6,147 nucleotides of DNA. Origin: a virus. The stretch covers positions 1-6,147 of IMG/VR virus record IMGVR_UViG_3300020041_000070. One strand, written 5' to 3'. Of this stretch, positions 4,346 to 6,147 are shown one piece after another; position 1 is the stretch's first letter, and every line of letters begins with the position of its first letter. Under the pieces are notes generated by a model. It did not search any database and was not told where the DNA came from. It saw nothing but the letters and a program-made list of their open reading frames with translations. The position numbers and the translations under genes were made by a program.

Positions 4346-6079
4346 ATGAGTGATTTTAATCCTTTAGACCGAGCTAAAATTAATACCCATCGCTCGTCTT
4401 TCGACTTAAGTTCGAAAAAACTGTTTACCGCTAAAGTTGGAGAAATTCTTCCTTGTTATTGGCAGATTGCTATTCCTGGTAACAAGTATCGTATTTCTTC
4501 TGACTGGTTTACTCGTACTGTTCCTGTGAATACGGCTGCCTATACCCGTATCAAGGAATACTATGATTTCTATGCTGTGCCGTTGCGTTTGATTTCTCGT
4601 GCGCTTCCTCAGGCTTTTACTCAGATGACGGATTATATGACTAGTGCGTCTAGTTCTACAGAGAATTCATCTGCGCTTACTTCTGTTCCTACTGTTACCC
4701 AGAGCTTGTTTAGTCTGTTTCTTCAGACGGCTAATTCTCAGGACCAGCCTAATACTCGTGACGATGCAGGCCTTCCTGTTGTCTATGGTGCTTGTAAGTT
4801 GTTGGACATGCTTGGTTATGGTTCTATGATTTCATCTACTAATACAGGTAAGGCTGCTATCACTAAGTCATATCTGGGTGTTGATGGCCTCGGTGACTCT
4901 GATAATCCCTTGGTTTATCAGACATCTCAGACTGTCAGTGCTCTTCCGTTCCTTGCTTATCAGAAAATCTATTATGATTTCTTTAGTAACTCTCAATGGG
5001 AAAAGCATCGTGCTTATTCATATAATGTAGATTATTGGTCTGGTGTTGGTAATATTGGATTGGTTAGGTCTATGGTTGAGCTGCGCTATGCGAACTATCC
5101 TAAAGACTATTTTATGGGTATGCTGCCTTCTTCTCAATATGGTTCGGTAGCCGTTTTGCCCGGTATTTATAACCCCTTAGGATCTTCTAATTCTGTTGTT
5201 GCTGTTGCTGATTCTTCTGTGGATTATGTTGTTAATCCTTCTTCTTCTACTTCGGTTGTTGCTTCTGGTTCGTCTTCTTCTCAACGTGCTGTTTCTCTTA
5301 ATTCTGACCTTTCCGCGCTTTCAATTCGTGCCACAGAGTACTTGCAGCGATGGAAAGAGGTAGTACAGTTCTCTAGCAAGGACTATTCAGACCAGATGGC
5401 AGCCCAGTTTGGTGTTAAAGCTCCCGAATCCATGGGTAATCATGCTCATTATATTGGAGGTTGGTCTAGTGTAATCAATATCAATGAAGTGGTTAATACC
5501 AATCTTGATACCGATTCTTCACAGGCTTCTATTGCCGGTAAAGGTGTATCCAGTAACTCCGGCCATACTCTTACTTATGACTGTGGTGCTGAACATCAAG
5601 TTATTATGTGTGTCTATCATGCCGTACCTATGTTGGATTGGAATTTGACAGGCCAGGCTCCCCAATTGACTGTTACTGCTATATCTGACTTTCCGCAGCC
5701 CGCATTTGACCAGCTTGGTATGCAGTCTGTTCCTGCTCTTAATCTTCAGAATAACCCCGGTCGTAATGTTTCCGGTTCTTTAGGTTATAATCTGCGCTAC
5801 TGGCAGTGGAAATCTAACATTGATACCGTTCATGCCGGATTCCGTGCCGGTGCTGCTTATCAGTCATGGGTTGCGCCTCTTGATGGTTGGCAGGTATTGA
5901 CTTCCGCTGGTGCTTGGTCTTATCAGTCCATGAAGGTTCGTCCCCAACAGTTGAACTCTATTTTTGTTCCCCAGGTTGATTCTGACAATTGTTCGGTTGC
6001 ATTTGACCAGTTATTGTGTAATGTTAATTTCCAAGTATATGCTGTTCAGAACTTGGATAGAAATGGTTTACCTTATTAA
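4346..6079 (+). CDS. VP1: Major capsid protein VP1 (phiX174 F-like jelly-roll), 577 aa
   Basis: The N-terminal block RSSFDLSSKKLFTAKVGEILPCYWQIAIPGNKY is typical of the microvirus major capsid (FDLS...G.L.P...PG). Size fits, T3 bias is strong, and the C-terminus ends NLDRNGLPY. Confidence 0.95.
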   Translation: MSDFNPLDRAKINTHRSSFDLSSKKLFTAKVGEILPCYWQIAIPGNKYRISSDWFTRTVPVNTAAYTRIKEYYDFYAVPLRLISRALPQAFTQMTDYMTSASSSTENSSALTSVPTVTQSLFSLFLQTANSQDQPNTRDDAGLPVVYGACKLLDMLGYGSMISSTNTGKAAITKSYLGVDGLGDSDNPLVYQTSQTVSALPFLAYQKIYYDFFSNSQWEKHRAYSYNVDYWSGVGNIGLVRSMVELRYANYPKDYFMGMLPSSQYGSVAVLPGIYNPLGSSNSVVAVADSSVDYVVNPSSSTSVVASGSSSSQRAVSLNSDLSALSIRATEYLQRWKEVVQFSSKDYSDQMAAQFGVKAPESMGNHAHYIGGWSSVININEVVNTNLDTDSSQASIAGKGVSSNSGHTLTYDCGAEHQVIMCVYHAVPMLDWNLTGQAPQLTVTAISDFPQPAFDQLGMQSVPALNLQNNPGRNVSGSLGYNLRYWQWKSNIDTVHAGFRAGAAYQSWVAPLDGWQVLTSAGAWSYQSMKVRPQQLNSIFVPQVDSDNCSVAFDQLLCNVNFQVYAVQNLDRNGLPY

Positions 6080-6090
6080 TTTGTGCTGTT

Positions 6091-6147
6091 ATGAGAAATT
6101 TTGCCTATAAGAACCCCGATTATATTAAAAATGAGGTTGTTCCCGAG
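6091..6147 (+). CDS. 5' end (19 codons) of the 147-aa gene; duplicate of 65-121 caused by the terminal overlap
   Basis: Identical sequence to 65-121 (MRNFAYKNPDYIKNEVVPE). Confidence 0.75.
   Translation, partial: MRNFAYKNPDYIKNEVVPE

Noticed and set aside
1-6147. CRISPR arrays, rRNA genes, transposase/IS elements, integrase
   Set aside because: No spaced direct-repeat array, no rRNA-like sequence and no ORF with transposase or recombinase motifs is visible. The only long repeat is the terminal assembly overlap.

Overview
The window is one complete circular ssDNA phage genome of the family Microviridae, linearised with an assembly overlap. Bases 1-121 are identical to 6027-6147, so the unit genome is 6026 nt. 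All convincing genes lie on the + strand and share a strong T-at-codon-position-3 bias. In circular order they are: major capsid protein VP1 (4346-6079, tail repeated at 1-53); a 147-aa protein (65-508, possibly scaffold-like); the minor capsid/DNA pilot protein VP2 (505-1620); a long 451-nt non-coding region (1621-2071); then a tightly coupled block of a 65-aa orphan, a 27-aa transmembrane micro-ORF, a 102-aa minimal peptidase-M15-like cell-wall hydrolase, and the HUH rolling-circle replication initiator VP4 (2650-4329). Gene sizes, the VP1 N-terminal motif, a Bacteroidetes-type promoter (TTTG-N19-TAnnTTTG) and the absence of Shine-Dalgarno sequences suggest an Alpavirinae-like microvirus of a Bacteroidetes host. 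Three things deserve follow-up. First, a putative two-component lysis cassette (micro-TM peptide plus M15 peptidase), unusual in a family best known for single-gene lysis. Second, a 60% GC, hairpin-dense island with GGAGC iteron-like repeats and twin GCGAAGC mini-hairpin motifs inside the non-coding region, which could be an origin, packaging, attP or ncRNA element. Third, a GC-rich compositional island over the catalytic core of VP4. All functional calls rest on motif recognition by eye; no database search was possible.
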